The notes: generated from the letters alone by a model not told the origin. A stretch of 64,000 bases of DNA from Bacteroidia bacterium (GCA_030427255.1 JAUHWY010000005.1:23776-87775), one strand, 5' to 3'; shown: positions 17,679-28,695, counted from the stretch's first letter. Made by a program: numbers and translations.

Positions 17679-19538
17679 TTGGTAACTCCTTGAGTCGCTC
17701 CCTTCCATGAAGTGCACAAAAGCCCGGTTTACAAATCGGTTCCCCCCTTGCGTAGGATAATTTCCGCTGAAGTACCAGTCTCCACTATGCTCCGGACAGG
17801 CCAAATGCAAATGCGCTACCCGTTGAAAAACAAAACGGAGTGGACAATCCAGCTCCTCCGGTTTCAACATTTCGGCCATCTCTTCCAAAATATTGGCGTC
17901 AGGAACGGCTGCATATAAGGCTTGTACGTAATTCTTTTCTCCGTCACGATCTTCTGCAATAGCAGCAAGCACCTCTTCGTAAAGTGTTTCCATCAACCCA
18001 ACCTTTCCCTGCTTAACCAAGCAAGAAACCGCTGCCCTAAAGGCTGCTAGGTCGTTGAGTCGGGCCATATCAATGCCGTAGCAATCAGGATAACGAATCT
18101 GTGGAGCCGAAGACACCACCACTAAGGCTTTGGGACGCAGCCGACTTAGCATTTTTAATATGGACTCTTTTAAGGTAGTGCCACGTACAATGCTATCGTC
18201 CAAGACCACCAAGTTGTCTTCCCCGGCTCGAATGCTCCCATAAGTAATGTCGTACACATGCTGTACCATATCGCTGCGGTGCGCATCATTGGTAATAAAG
18301 GTTCTAGCCTTTACGTCCTTTACGGCCACCTTCTCCACTCTAGGCTTTTGCCTAAACAACTGCTCTACAGCCTGCGCATCCCATAGGGCATTTTTGCTTA
18401 AAGCTTCCAAGGCCTTTTTCTCCATGTACTCCTCCACCCCTTTTATCAAACCATAAAAGGCCAATTCAGCCGTGTTCGGAATAAAAGAAAATACGGTATG
18501 CTCCAGATCTCCCTCAATGGCCTCCAACACATCTTGAGTTAACAATGCCCCAAGGGCTTTTCGTTCGTGATAAATATCTTTATCGGTGCCCCGACTAAAG
18601 TAAATGCGTTCAAAAGAACAACTCTTTTTAGGCTGTGGAGCGAGCACTTCTACCCGCCGGGATGCTTTTCCGGGGCTAAGCAAAAGACCTTCCCCAGGAT
18701 TCAACTCCTGCACTTCATCTATGGGTGCATCAAAAACAGTTTGAATTACCGCACGCTCCGAGGCTACCACTACTAAGTGCTGGTTTTCATACATCCATGC
18801 AGGCCGAATACCGGCCGGGTCACGTACCACAAAGGCATGACCTTGACCATTAAAACCGCCCATCACATAGCCTCCATCAAACTTTTTAAAGGCTTGGCGC
18901 AGCACAGGAGTCAAATCCAACACTTCTTCCATGGCCTTTGAAATGGCAGCTTTATCGTTCTCTCCAGCTCCTTTCAACGCCTCATAACAACGCTCCACTT
19001 CCTCATCTAAAAAATGGCCAATGCGCTCCATCACGGTAACTGTATCTGCCATTTGTTTGGGGTGCTGTCCCAACTCTAACAATTGCTGAAAAAGCTCAGG
19101 GGTATTGGTTAAATTAAAGTTACCCGCCACAGCAAGCATACGCGATGGCCAGTTGTTGTCACGCAAAAATGGGTGGCAGGCTTCCACGCCATAGCGCCCA
19201 AAAGTACCGTAGCGCACATGGCCCAAAAACAATTGCCCGTCGAAGGGTTTTACTAAACCCGATCCTTTCTCTTGCGCTTGTTCAATTTGCCGAAAAAGGT
19301 CTAAAATCGGTTGCCTGGCATCACTTCTTACCCGGTCCAAACGCGGGTAGCCTGGGGGAGCATTGAGGTTTAAACTGGCCAAACCGGCGCCGTCTTGGCC
19401 CCGGTTGTGCATTTTCTCCAACAAAAGATACATTTTGCGCAAGCCGAACTTACTCCCAAACTCTTGTTCTACCTGATTTGGAGGGGCTTTAAGCTGCAGA
19501 AGTGCTATCCCGCATTCGTGTTTTAGCGCATCGCTCAT
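17676..19538 (-). CDS. purF: amidophosphoribosyltransferase (long Bacteroidota form)
   Basis: 620 aa. N-terminal HECGIA class-II amidotransferase nucleophile. PRPP-binding VVLDDSIVRGTT. Confidence 0.8.
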   Translation of the reverse strand: MSDALKHECGIALLQLKAPPNQVEQEFGSKFGLRKMYLLLEKMHNRGQDGAGLASLNLNAPPGYPRLDRVRSDARQPILDLFRQIEQAQEKGSGLVKPFDGQLFLGHVRYGTFGRYGVEACHPFLRDNNWPSRMLAVAGNFNLTNTPELFQQLLELGQHPKQMADTVTVMERIGHFLDEEVERCYEALKGAGENDKAAISKAMEEVLDLTPVLRQAFKKFDGGYVMGGFNGQGHAFVVRDPAGIRPAWMYENQHLVVVASERAVIQTVFDAPIDEVQELNPGEGLLLSPGKASRRVEVLAPQPKKSCSFERIYFSRGTDKDIYHERKALGALLTQDVLEAIEGDLEHTVFSFIPNTAELAFYGLIKGVEEYMEKKALEALSKNALWDAQAVEQLFRQKPRVEKVAVKDVKARTFITNDAHRSDMVQHVYDITYGSIRAGEDNLVVLDDSIVRGTTLKESILKMLSRLRPKALVVVSSAPQIRYPDCYGIDMARLNDLAAFRAAVSCLVKQGKVGLMETLYEEVLAAIAEDRDGEKNYVQALYAAVPDANILEEMAEMLKPEELDCPLRFVFQRVAHLHLACPEHSGDWYFSGNYPTQGGNRFVNRAFVHFMEGSDSRSYQ

Positions 19539-19648
19539 GGAGCTATATGCCTTGCCGGTTTGATGTCCTGCAAGGACTATTCTACAAAATTAGCGCATTC
19601 GCCTTGGCTTTGCTCTATGGAAACAATTATTTAACACTGGCATCAAGC

Positions 19649-20551
19649 TTAGGCACTTTCCAAAGCCGCCACCTCTGCTTCCCTATGTATTTTGCGCACC
19701 AAACCTTGCAGCACATTGCCCGGTCCAATCTCTGTAAAGGACTGAACCCCATCTGCTACCATTTGTTCCACCGACTGCGTCCACCGAACTGCTCCGGTTA
19801 GCTGCCTTGCCAAGTTCTCTTGAATTTCTTTGGGGTCCTTGCTCGGTTTTCCGGTAAAGTTTTGATAAATGGCCCAACGGGGAGTCGCAAAAGAGCTTTG
19901 GTCAATGGCCTTTTCTAATTCGGCACGTGCCGGCTCCATTAAGGGGGAGTGGAAAGCTCCTGCCACCTTTAGCACCAAAGCCCGGCGGGCACCGGCCTCA
20001 CGCAACAGGGCACAGGCTTTTTCTACACCAGCCAAACTTCCCGAAATCACCAATTGTCCGGGGCAATTGTAATTGGCAGGAACCACAAGCTCATCGGTAA
20101 TGGAAGCACAAATTTCCTCTACCAACTGAGCATCCAAACCTAGGACTGCAGCCATGGTTCCGGGATTGGCTTCGCAGGCCTTTTGCATGGCTCTTGCCCT
20201 GCGGGCCACCAAATCCAAGCCGGATTCAAAACTCAAACAACCATTGGCCACAAGTGCTGAAAACTCTCCCAGAGAGTGGCCTGCCACCGCATCGGCTTGC
20301 AAATTTTCCTGAACCAAGGCAGCAACAACCGAATGTAAAAAAATAGCAGGTTGTGCCACCTTTGTTTGGGTTAAATCGTCTTCATTCCCCTCAAACATGA
20401 CATCGGTAATCCTAAACCCCAGCTGCTCGTTGGCCTGTTCAAACAAAGCTTTGGCCTTGGTGTGGCTTTCGTAGAGGGATTTACCCATTCCTACAAATTG
20501 GGCACCTTGCCCGGGAAACATCAGTGCTTTCATATAAGGCTGTGTTTGCAA
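19649..20551 (-). CDS. fabD: malonyl CoA-ACP transacylase
   Basis: GQGAQFVGMGK and GHSLGEFSAL active-site motifs. Confidence 0.92.
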   Translation of the reverse strand: MQTQPYMKALMFPGQGAQFVGMGKSLYESHTKAKALFEQANEQLGFRITDVMFEGNEDDLTQTKVAQPAIFLHSVVAALVQENLQADAVAGHSLGEFSALVANGCLSFESGLDLVARRARAMQKACEANPGTMAAVLGLDAQLVEEICASITDELVVPANYNCPGQLVISGSLAGVEKACALLREAGARRALVLKVAGAFHSPLMEPARAELEKAIDQSSFATPRWAIYQNFTGKPSKDPKEIQENLARQLTGAVRWTQSVEQMVADGVQSFTEIGPGNVLQGLVRKIHREAEVAALESA

Positions 20552-20638
20552 CGAAGATAGGGCATTCCGCCCAACCCTCCGCCTAAAAATTGAGGAAGCA
20601 GCATGGGCCTTTTGGCTTGAGGCTTGCTGCCATTTATT

Positions 20639-21250
20639 TTACCAGCGCGCCGGCGAAATAAGCTGAAAAAACTCCTGCCTGGTGGCAGCTTGCTCAAACA
20701 CCCCGGTAAATGAGCTGGTGGTTGTAAAGGAGTGTTGTTTTTCCACACCCCGCATTTGCATGCATAAATGCCTAGCTTCAATAACCACGGCTACCCCTTG
20801 TGGATTCAAAGCATTTTGTAAGCAATCCCTAATTTGGGTGGTAAGTCGTTCTTGCACTTGCAATCTGCGGCTAAACGCATCCACCACGCGCGGAATTTTG
20901 CTAAGTCCGCAAATGGTACCTTGGGGAATGTAGGCAATATGGGCTTTACCAAAAAAGGGCAGCATGTGGTGCTCGCACATAGAAAACACTTCTATGTCGC
21001 GCACCAACACCATTTCGTTGTGGTCTTCTTGAAACAGGGCTTCCCTCAAAATCCCAGCCGGATCTTGTTGGTAGCCTTGGGTTAAAAATTGCATGGCTTT
21101 AGCCATACGCTCCGGGGTCTTTTGCAAACCCTCTCGTTGTACATCCTCGCCTAAAAGACCTATGGCCTCGGCATATAGCTTGGCCAAGGCTTGGGTCTTT
21201 TGGTCGGGATAGCGCTCTTCGCGCTCGTATGCATTGGGATTATTCCCCAT
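20639..21250 (-). CDS. folE: GTP cyclohydrolase I
   Basis: [18 protein letters not shown] zinc-site motif. Start placed at MGNNPNAY. The longer ORF to 21358 would overlap queD by 119 bp. Confidence 0.85.
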   Translation of the reverse strand: MGNNPNAYEREERYPDQKTQALAKLYAEAIGLLGEDVQREGLQKTPERMAKAMQFLTQGYQQDPAGILREALFQEDHNEMVLVRDIEVFSMCEHHMLPFFGKAHIAYIPQGTICGLSKIPRVVDAFSRRLQVQERLTTQIRDCLQNALNPQGVAVVIEARHLCMQMRGVEKQHSFTTTSSFTGVFEQAATRQEFFQLISPARW

Positions 21251-21662
21251 AATAAGTGACAGAATTGCGTTCGGTTTCGAACAGTTCAATTTTATGCAAG
21301 CGGCATGGACCCAAGTCCTGCACGGCAGGATCCAATATCTTCCAAATTTCCACCGCAAGCACCTCCGTAGAAGTCATTTTCCCCTCCAAAAAGGGCACAT
21401 CCAAGTTCAGGTTTTTGTGGTCCAACTTGTCGATTACCAGACTGCGAATGACCGTCGACAACTTTTTCAAATCCACAATAAAACCGGTATCGGCTTGAGG
21501 CTCACCCTTTACGGTGACCAGCAAATCGTAATTGTGTCCATGCCAGTTTTTATTGGCGCAAGGACCGAACACGGCGGCATTTTGCTCTTCCGACCAATTG
21601 GGGTTGAAGAGCTTATGCGCAGCATTGAAATGTTCTTTTCGAGTGAGGTATACCAAAGGCAT
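21240..21662 (-). CDS. queD: 6-carboxy-5,6,7,8-tetrahydropterin synthase / 6-pyruvoyl-tetrahydropterin synthase family
   Basis: 140 aa. FNAAHKL ... [11 protein letters not shown] motifs. Confidence 0.85.
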   Translation of the reverse strand: MPLVYLTRKEHFNAAHKLFNPNWSEEQNAAVFGPCANKNWHGHNYDLLVTVKGEPQADTGFIVDLKKLSTVIRSLVIDKLDHKNLNLDVPFLEGKMTSTEVLAVEIWKILDPAVQDLGPCRLHKIELFETERNSVTYYGE

Positions 21663-21689
21663 GGCCTAATTTTCTGCAAAGGTACGTTT

Positions 21690-22075
21690 TTTGGTATTTG
21701 GGCGCCATTTCCGGCTGTCGCTGCAAGTCCTCGTCAAAAGCCCTGTGCCGCATGGGGCTGCGGTAGCTCCCCCGAAGCATCGGGTCCGCTTCCTCGCTCC
21801 CTGCGGCACATGGGCTTTTGCCTCCGGGCTTTCCGCATCCATCCGGGGCGCGGAATCCCGCTCCGCCATAAAAACCCATTTACCCTTTGGGTTTCCAATG
21901 TTATTTTTGGAAGAACAAGCGGCAGGGACAGAACGGAAAGCCCACAGCAGCCGAGCTTAGGGAGGCAGGGCCACGGAGGCGACCTTGGGAGCCCCCGTAG
22001 GCACTAGCCTCCCTTAGCTCGGATGCGAGGACTTGCAGAGATGGCCCGCCCGGCCGCCCAAAACGATAAATCCAC
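21690..22075. repeat. GC-rich hairpin-forming intergenic element, copy B (two sub-elements)
   Basis: Sub-element 1 (gctgcaagtcctcg...ttcctcgct...) matches 34665-34800. Sub-element 2 has stem cgagcttagggaggc/gcctcccttagctcg and tail GAGGACTTGcAG...GCCCGcccGGCCGCC, the same architecture as 35200-35360. Confidence 0.65.
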
Positions 22076-22133
22076 CCCAATGTTTTTGAGGTTATAAATT
22101 TGATTGTACATTTAAAGGATATATTCCAATCCT

Positions 22134-23618
22134 ATGCAAGTGCGCTTTTTCTTTTTGGTTCTTCTTTTTCCTTTTTTGGCGGCTCAGGCTCAATCGGTGG
22201 GCGTAAATACGCAAAACCCGGACCCGTCGGCTGCTTTAGAAGTGCAGTCTACCCAGCAGGGCTTTTTGCCGCCGCGCATGACTTCAAGCCAACGCGACAA
22301 TATTTCGAATCCGGCCACAGGGCTCATGATTTATAATACCGACAACGGTTGCCTTAACTTGTTTAACGGCAACTTGTGGGAGCAGCTTTGTCCTACGTGT
22401 ATTGCGCCGGTGGTGCAAATTCAAAACGTTCCGGATACCTTGTGCGCCGGTCAAAACCTGAGCTTCAATTTGCCGTCTATTTCCGGGGTTAGCTACCATT
22501 GGAGCGGCCCCAACGGTTTTAGTTCCAATTTGCCCAACCCCACGGTTAGCAGCGTTAGCGCCCAAGACGCTGGTGCCTATGCTGTGTTTGCCGTTCAAAA
22601 CAACTGTACTTCTGCCGTGGTTACGCATAACTTAACCGTGCTGAACCAAGCCGATGCCAATTTTACAGTGAACCCAAGCACTCCTTCGGTGAATGTGGCG
22701 GCCGCCTTTACGGCCCAAGCCGGCATGGGCAGCTACGCCTGGACTTTTCAGAGCGGAACACCCGGATCGTCCATTCAGCAGAACCCTCAAGTTACCTGGT
22801 CTCAAGCGGGTACCTACAACGTGCAATTGATTGTAGATAACGGCAATTGCAGCGATACGGTGATTCAACAAGTTACGGTGGTGACTTGCCCTCCTCAGCC
22901 TCAGGGCCAAAGCGTTACCTTCAATTATACGGGTGGGGTTCAGTCCTTTACGGTTCCTGCTTGTGTCAATTATATTGATGTCGACGCTTCGGGTGCACAG
23001 GGCTTTGCAAACGGAAGTCCAAGTTTTGGCCGTGGTGGCCGCGTTCAAGCCAGGCTTACGGTTACGCCGGGAGAGGTTTTGTCCATCTACGTAGGAGGTC
23101 AAGGAACCTCCACCTCCGGAGGTTACAACGGTGGTGGAAATGTGGGATCCGGAGGTAATTACGGCGGTGGCGGCGGAGCTTCGGACATTCGGCGCAATGG
23201 TACCACCTTAAACGATAGAATTATTGTAGCCGGTGGCGGCGGTGGTACGGGTTCCAATTGCGGCACCAACTCTGCTCCGGGCGGTCATGGAGGTGGCTTA
23301 ACCGGACAAAGCGGTTGTTTGTACAGCTGCAGCAGCTGCCAGTATACCGGCGGTGGCGGGACACAATCATCCGGTGGAGTAGCCGGCCCTACCAGCCATA
23401 GCGCATGTGGAAACAACAGCAACGGCAGCTTTGGTCAAGGTGGCTCCAATACCGGAAACTCAGGCACCGGCGGCGGTGGCGGCTGGTATGGCGGAGGTTC
23501 AGGTTGTTATGAAGGTGCCGGAGGAGGTAGTTCTTACGTCACCAGCAATGGCTCAAGCAATATCACTCATACGCAAGGACATCGTCCGGGCCATGGTCAA
23601 ATCATTATCAGTTATTGA
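22134..23618 (+). CDS. secreted protein: conserved N-terminal module + PKD-like domain + C-terminal glycine-rich (ALK-like Gly_rich) domain
   Basis: 494 aa with signal peptide. N-terminal module ...ALEVQSTQQGFLPPRMTSSQRDNISNPATGLMIYNTD.GC. C-terminal FTVPACVNYIDVDASGAQG...IYVGGQG...IIVAGGGGG...GHGQIIISY. Confidence 0.75.
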   Translation: MQVRFFFLVLLFPFLAAQAQSVGVNTQNPDPSAALEVQSTQQGFLPPRMTSSQRDNISNPATGLMIYNTDNGCLNLFNGNLWEQLCPTCIAPVVQIQNVPDTLCAGQNLSFNLPSISGVSYHWSGPNGFSSNLPNPTVSSVSAQDAGAYAVFAVQNNCTSAVVTHNLTVLNQADANFTVNPSTPSVNVAAAFTAQAGMGSYAWTFQSGTPGSSIQQNPQVTWSQAGTYNVQLIVDNGNCSDTVIQQVTVVTCPPQPQGQSVTFNYTGGVQSFTVPACVNYIDVDASGAQGFANGSPSFGRGGRVQARLTVTPGEVLSIYVGGQGTSTSGGYNGGGNVGSGGNYGGGGGASDIRRNGTTLNDRIIVAGGGGGTGSNCGTNSAPGGHGGGLTGQSGCLYSCSSCQYTGGGGTQSSGGVAGPTSHSACGNNSNGSFGQGGSNTGNSGTGGGGGWYGGGSGCYEGAGGGSSYVTSNGSSNITHTQGHRPGHGQIIISY

Positions 23619-23808
23619 TGGCGTTTGATTCTTGAGGGTGCGAACTACCCTCGGTCTCTTGTCTCTTTGCATGAATAACCAAGGGCCTGTTAAGGTATGC
23701 TTATTCTGGCGGAAATGGATTCCAATAAGCCCCCACAAGCCTTCGGTCAAAAAGGTTCGAATACTGTTTGATGATTGTTGCCCTAAGGTTTGCGGGTGAG
23801 GCAATTCC

Positions 23809-25233
23809 TTATTCTACGTAATGCAGTTTCATCATATTGGTTTGGCCTTTTTCGTGGATGGGAATGCTGGCGGTGTGCACTACCAAATCGCCTTCCAACA
23901 AGTGGCCTCCTTTTTTAAGCACATAGGTAGTTTCGGCAATGCTATGGTCGGTACTTACGAACTTGTCGAAATAGAAGCCTTTGACTCCCCAAACCAAGCT
24001 AAGTTGGTTCAAAATGGCACGATTGCCGGTAAACACGAAGATAGCGGCTCTGGGGCGGTAGCTGCTCATTTCGTAGGCAGTGTAGCCCGAAAATGACATA
24101 GTAATGATGCCCTGCACACGTGCTTTATCGGCCATTTCCACGGCGGCGCGACATACTGCATCGGTAATGAAACGTTCGCGAGAGATGTGTGTGCTGTCCA
24201 AGTTATAAATGCCCGGGTGGCTTTCGACTTCTTTTATGATTTTTTGGACGGATTCCACCACACGAACAGGGAATTTGCCCACCGAAGTTTCGGCGCTAAG
24301 CATAACGGCATCGGCACCATCCATAATGGCATTAGCCACATCGTTAACCTCGGCCCGGGTGGGGTTATAATTGGTAATCATAGACTCCATCATTTGTGTG
24401 GCAATAATTACCGGCTTGGAGCTACGAAGGCAGCGTTTTACGATATCTTTTTGGATCAAAGGCACCTGCTGCATAGGAATTTCCACACCCAGGTCGCCGC
24501 GAGCTACCATAATAGCATCGCTTTCGCGAATGATATGGTTTATATCCTCAATGGCCTCGGGCTTTTCAATTTTGGCAATCACTTTGGTACTCACCTTTTT
24601 TTGAGCAATCAAATGTTTGAGTTCAATAACATCAGCTGCTGAACGAACAAAGGAAAGTCCAATCCATTCCAGTTCATGTTCAAGCGCAAACTCCAAGTCC
24701 TCGCGGTCTTTAGGCGTTAAACAAGGCAAAGAAATTTTAGTATTGGGGAGGTTTACGCCCTTTTTGGAGGTGAGCAAACCACCACTAATAACCTTAACCT
24801 TTACTTCGTCTTTGGCGTTGGTTTCCAAGACCTCCAGCACAATTTTACCATCGTCCACCAGCACCCTTTCGCCGGGACGCACATCTTTTGCAAAGTTTTG
24901 GTATTGAATGTACAGAAGTTCGGCTGTGCCTGTTCCTTGTGCCGAGGAGATGCGCACTTCGGCGCCATCTTCCAGCATAACTCCGCCTTCTGCAACATTT
25001 CGAATACGGATTTTTGGGCCCTGCAAGTCTCCTAAAATGGCCAAGTTATAGCCTCGCTCCTCATTTATTCTTCGAATGTTTTGGATAATGATTTTTTGGG
25101 CTTCTCGGTCGCCATGAGAGAAATTGAGTCGGCATACATCCACTCCTGCTTCTACCAAGGCACTTAAAGTTTCATAATCTGCGGTTGCCGGACCAATGGT
25201 GGCAATCAGTTTTGTTTTGCTTTGGACTTTCAT
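23809..25233 (-). CDS. pyk: pyruvate kinase
   Basis: KTKLIATIGPA ... NFSHGD ... MVARGDLGVEIP motifs. Start placed at MKVQSKTK. The longer ORF extends to 25290. Confidence 0.9.
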   Translation of the reverse strand: MKVQSKTKLIATIGPATADYETLSALVEAGVDVCRLNFSHGDREAQKIIIQNIRRINEERGYNLAILGDLQGPKIRIRNVAEGGVMLEDGAEVRISSAQGTGTAELLYIQYQNFAKDVRPGERVLVDDGKIVLEVLETNAKDEVKVKVISGGLLTSKKGVNLPNTKISLPCLTPKDREDLEFALEHELEWIGLSFVRSAADVIELKHLIAQKKVSTKVIAKIEKPEAIEDINHIIRESDAIMVARGDLGVEIPMQQVPLIQKDIVKRCLRSSKPVIIATQMMESMITNYNPTRAEVNDVANAIMDGADAVMLSAETSVGKFPVRVVESVQKIIKEVESHPGIYNLDSTHISRERFITDAVCRAAVEMADKARVQGIITMSFSGYTAYEMSSYRPRAAIFVFTGNRAILNQLSLVWGVKGFYFDKFVSTDHSIAETTYVLKKGGHLLEGDLVVHTASIPIHEKGQTNMMKLHYVE

Positions 25234-25234
25234 G

Positions 25235-25669
25235 TTATTGGTAAATAAGTTTGGCTTTTGCTTTATCGGACAGTTTTTGAAGCTTGCCACACCATTGCAC
25301 TTCGGGAATGTTGCGGATATTTTGTGCGGCTTCGTTAAGGAAGGCTTCTGAGTTTCCGGTCAATTGTATTAAATAGTCCATTCCTGCGGCTTCCTGAATC
25401 CAGATTTTGGGTGCTTTTGGTAACTGCAAGATGCGAATACTAATGTACAAGTCGGGCAATTCTCCAAAAAAGACGCTAACAGGTCCGGGTGCCCGTTGTT
25501 GAGACTCTTGTTCAGACTCCTGCACCAGGCGCCAATCCAGATGTTTGTGAAGCAACCAACAAAACCGGTAATCCTTTTCTTGGCAACTAATACCAAGCAC
25601 ATCAAAGTCGGTTGGACTTCCGGGTAAGGTATCAAGCACAATGGTTTGGCTCATTGCTGTGCAGCCCAT
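25235..25669 (-). CDS. hypothetical small protein immediately upstream of pyk
   Basis: 144-aa ORF abutting the pyk start. Contains IPEVQW. Position resembles the IPExxxVDY-family gene found upstream of pyk in Bacteroidota, but the signature is not matched. Confidence 0.35.
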   Translation of the reverse strand: MGCTAMSQTIVLDTLPGSPTDFDVLGISCQEKDYRFCWLLHKHLDWRLVQESEQESQQRAPGPVSVFFGELPDLYISIRILQLPKAPKIWIQEAAGMDYLIQLTGNSEAFLNEAAQNIRNIPEVQWCGKLQKLSDKAKAKLIYQ

Positions 25670-26199
25670 CTATTATACAATTCAAACACCTTACGGCTAT
25701 GTTCGGGCTCATACAGTTTATCCTCTATTTGCTTCACCAAATCTTTATGGTCTTGCATAAGCTCTTCCAATTGTTTTCGCCAAGCCCTTGGGGAGGTAGA
25801 GAGGGGTTGAAACTCCGTAGAGCCTTCCTTTACGAAATACAAATCATAGGCTTTGGTATATTGGCCTTGAAAGTCTCTAAGGTACTCGTACTCATAGAGC
25901 GAAACTTTGCCTTTAGTCAGCAACCTTAAAAACACGATTTCTTTGTCCGGTTTGGCCTTTATGTACAGGTTGGAGTCTACATGAATCTCTCGTACCTCCT
26001 CTGCCTTAAAATAGGACCTCTCTTCTTCCTTATCTTTAAGAACAAACCGGTCTTTGATGCCATCTTTGGATTTATAATAAATTTCGCCGGCAATGGTATC
26101 TCCGGTTTCCAGCACCAGCTTACCCGGAACAAAGCCCTGGGCATGAATCCATTGAAGACTAGAAATACAAAAAACAAGAAAGTACGAGAAAAAACGCAT
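25651..26199 (-). CDS. secreted hypothetical protein
   Basis: 182 aa. Signal peptide MRFFSYFLVFCISSLQWIHAQ. Confidence 0.4.
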   Translation of the reverse strand: MRFFSYFLVFCISSLQWIHAQGFVPGKLVLETGDTIAGEIYYKSKDGIKDRFVLKDKEEERSYFKAEEVREIHVDSNLYIKAKPDKEIVFLRLLTKGKVSLYEYEYLRDFQGQYTKAYDLYFVKEGSTEFQPLSTSPRAWRKQLEELMQDHKDLVKQIEDKLYEPEHSRKVFELYNRWAAQQ

Positions 26200-26203
26200 G
26201 CGC

Positions 26204-27223
26204 TTAGTTTATTTCAGGTTCGCGATACAAAACTTCTAAAACAGTGGTTCCCACGGCTCCAAGGGTTTCCTTAGAGATGATGTCTATATTGTCTTTCTGT
26301 GTGTGCCAATGCGCCGGGAAACCCGAAGGTCGGCTGGGGTCGTAATTAATGATGTCTATGGAAGGAATCCGCATTAATTTGTTAATGAAGTAGTGGTCGT
26401 CGGTTATGGGGCCGGGCAAAGCGGCCATTCTAAAATAGGAGGCATAACCCACCTGATGAGCGGTTTCCCAAACCTTTTGGGTTATGTGCGGTGCATATTC
26501 TAAAGACCAGCCCTCCTGGTAAAACACGGCACCTTTAGCTCCAACCAAGTCCAACAGGATGCCATACCTGGCTCGGTAACCGGGCACCATTGGATTCTTG
26601 GCAAAATACTGGGAGCCCAAACAAAAGGTTTCGGGAGCACCACCTGCATCTCCGAAATCCTCGCCATCAAATAAAACAATATCTATTCCCGGCGAAGGGC
26701 CTCCACTGCTATCTGCCGCCAATAAGCGGGCAATTTCCATTAATACACCTACTCCTGAGCCTCCATCGTCAGCTCCAGGAACAGGCAAGTGGCCAAGTGT
26801 TGCATCTTTGTCGGAAATATGTCGGGTATCCCAATGTGCAAACAGCATGATTCGGTCCGACTTTTCCGGGTCAAAACGAGCCATAATGTTTCGAATCTTT
26901 AGCCCTTCTCCGGTGTAAGCCACCACATTTGCCTCTTGCACCAACACGGTATCGGCCCAAGAGCTGAGCCGCTCTACCAAATAATCTCCCGCCTTTTGGT
27001 GGCCTTTGCTGTTGGGGACTCGAGGTCCAAACGCCAGTTGCGCTTCAATAAAAGCATAAGCGGAATCCGCCGAAAATTGCGGAGCTTTTTTTACCGGAGC
27101 AGGAGGTGGACTCAGGGTTCCATTTCCTTGTATGGGTTTGGGCTCATCACCACAAGCGGTGAACATAAGGGCGAAAACACCTATCCAAACCAAAGGTTGA
27201 TATTTTGAAATGCTTCGTTTCAT
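26204..27223 (-). CDS. M28-family peptidase / glutaminyl-peptide cyclotransferase-like
   Basis: Lipoprotein signal (LMFTACGDE). FAHWDTRH ... DDGGSGVGVLMEIARLL metal-binding motifs of M28 family. Confidence 0.7.
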   Translation of the reverse strand: MKRSISKYQPLVWIGVFALMFTACGDEPKPIQGNGTLSPPPAPVKKAPQFSADSAYAFIEAQLAFGPRVPNSKGHQKAGDYLVERLSSWADTVLVQEANVVAYTGEGLKIRNIMARFDPEKSDRIMLFAHWDTRHISDKDATLGHLPVPGADDGGSGVGVLMEIARLLAADSSGGPSPGIDIVLFDGEDFGDAGGAPETFCLGSQYFAKNPMVPGYRARYGILLDLVGAKGAVFYQEGWSLEYAPHITQKVWETAHQVGYASYFRMAALPGPITDDHYFINKLMRIPSIDIINYDPSRPSGFPAHWHTQKDNIDIISKETLGAVGTTVLEVLYREPEIN

Positions 27224-28695
27224 GATTTCAAGGTCCAGGTACTCTCGCTTTTTCCGTCTTTAATTTCTATGCCGGCTTGAGCCAGTCGGTCGCGAATTAA
27301 GTCACTCATGGCCCAATCTTTCTTTTGCCTCACTTCCTTTCTCAATTCCAGCACCATTTCCATTACGGTTTGTAGTATTTCTCCTTTGGACTCTCCGGCC
27401 TCCGGTTCTAAACCCAATACCTCATTAAAGAACCGACAAAAAGAGGTAGAAAGCCTGTGCCAAGCTTCAGGAAGCAACTTCAGTTCTCCTGAGGCCACCG
27501 CTTGCAGCCATTTTGCAGCCTCAAACAACTGAGCTATAAGTACAGGACTGTTGAAGTCGTCGTCCATGGCTGCTTCAGAAACTGTTAACCAGGCATCTAC
27601 TCCCGGATCGTCTTGCCCGGCTTGTGGTTGACTAGAAGAGGCTATGGCAAACGCGGCACTTAATCTTTTGTATCCTTTTTGAGCAGCTTGCAAGGCATCG
27701 TCGCTCAAGTCGAGGGTGGAGCCGTAGTGCGCCTGCATAAAGAAAAAGCGAATGGCCATTGGCGCATAGGCTCGGCTCAGCATATCGTGGTTTCCACTAA
27801 GCAGGTCACCCGGCAGCAGAAAATTCCCGTCCGACTTACTCATCTTTTTACCATTGAGGGTAAGCATATTGCCATGCAACCAATACTGAACCGGTTTAGA
27901 TTCGCCTGAAGCGGCTACGTTCTGAGCAATTTCGCATTCGTGGTGTGGAAATTTCAAGTCCATGCCTCCGCCGTGAATATCGAACCGGTTGCCAAGATAT
28001 TTGGAGCTCATAACGGAACACTCCAAATGCCAACCCGGAAAACCGTCTCCCCAAGGCGATGGCCAGCGCATAATGTGCTCCGGCGAGGCTTTTTTCCACA
28101 AAGCAAAATCTAGCGCATCTCTCTTTTCGTCTTGCCCATCTAAATTTCTGGTTCCTGCCACCAAGTCGTCGATTTGCCGACCGCTCAAAGAGCCGTAAGG
28201 GTAAATTTCACTAAACTTCCGCACATCGAAATACACGGAACCGTTCACCTCATAGGCCAAGCCCTTGTCGAGGATGGTTTGCACGGTTTGTATTTGCTCT
28301 ACAATATGTCCCGTAGCCGTAGGCTCAATAGAGGGGGGGATATTTCCAAATATGGACATTACCTCATGGAAGCCATTGGTATATTTCTGCACAATTTCCA
28401 TGGGTTCTAATTGCTCGAGCCGTGCTTTTTTGGCGATTTTATCCTCGCCTTCATCGGCATCGTTTTCCAAATGTCCTACATCCGTTATGTTTCGCACGTA
28501 GCGCACCTTGTAGCCACGGTAACGCAACCAACGATAAATCAAGTCAAAAGAAGTGAAGGTCCGTAAATTGCCCAAGTGCACGTTGTTGTATACGGTTGGC
28601 CCACATACATACATGCCCACAAAAGGAGGGTTGAGAGGTTCAAAGACTTCTTTTTGCCTACTGAGTGAATTGTACAACTTCAATTGTCCTGCCAT
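27220..28695 (-). CDS. cysS: cysteine--tRNA ligase
   Basis: 491 aa. HIGH-region equivalent (CGPTVYNNVHLGN). KMSKS loop (KKMSKSDGN). Confidence 0.95.
   Translation of the reverse strand: MAGQLKLYNSLSRQKEVFEPLNPPFVGMYVCGPTVYNNVHLGNLRTFTSFDLIYRWLRYRGYKVRYVRNITDVGHLENDADEGEDKIAKKARLEQLEPMEIVQKYTNGFHEVMSIFGNIPPSIEPTATGHIVEQIQTVQTILDKGLAYEVNGSVYFDVRKFSEIYPYGSLSGRQIDDLVAGTRNLDGQDEKRDALDFALWKKASPEHIMRWPSPWGDGFPGWHLECSVMSSKYLGNRFDIHGGGMDLKFPHHECEIAQNVAASGESKPVQYWLHGNMLTLNGKKMSKSDGNFLLPGDLLSGNHDMLSRAYAPMAIRFFFMQAHYGSTLDLSDDALQAAQKGYKRLSAAFAIASSSQPQAGQDDPGVDAWLTVSEAAMDDDFNSPVLIAQLFEAAKWLQAVASGELKLLPEAWHRLSTSFCRFFNEVLGLEPEAGESKGEILQTVMEMVLELRKEVRQKKDWAMSDLIRDRLAQAGIEIKDGKSESTWTLKS

Noticed and set aside
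20639-21358. Full 239-aa FolE ORF with 36-aa N-terminal extension overlapping queD by 119 bp
   Set aside because: The extension is Cys/Trp/Arg-rich and unconserved-looking. The internal start at 21250 gives a canonical-length FolE and the usual 11-bp overlap with queD.
25235-25669. Assignment of the pyk-upstream ORF to the IPExxxVDY family
   Set aside because: Only the genomic position and an IPEV tetrapeptide match. The VDY part of the signature is absent, so it is left as hypothetical.
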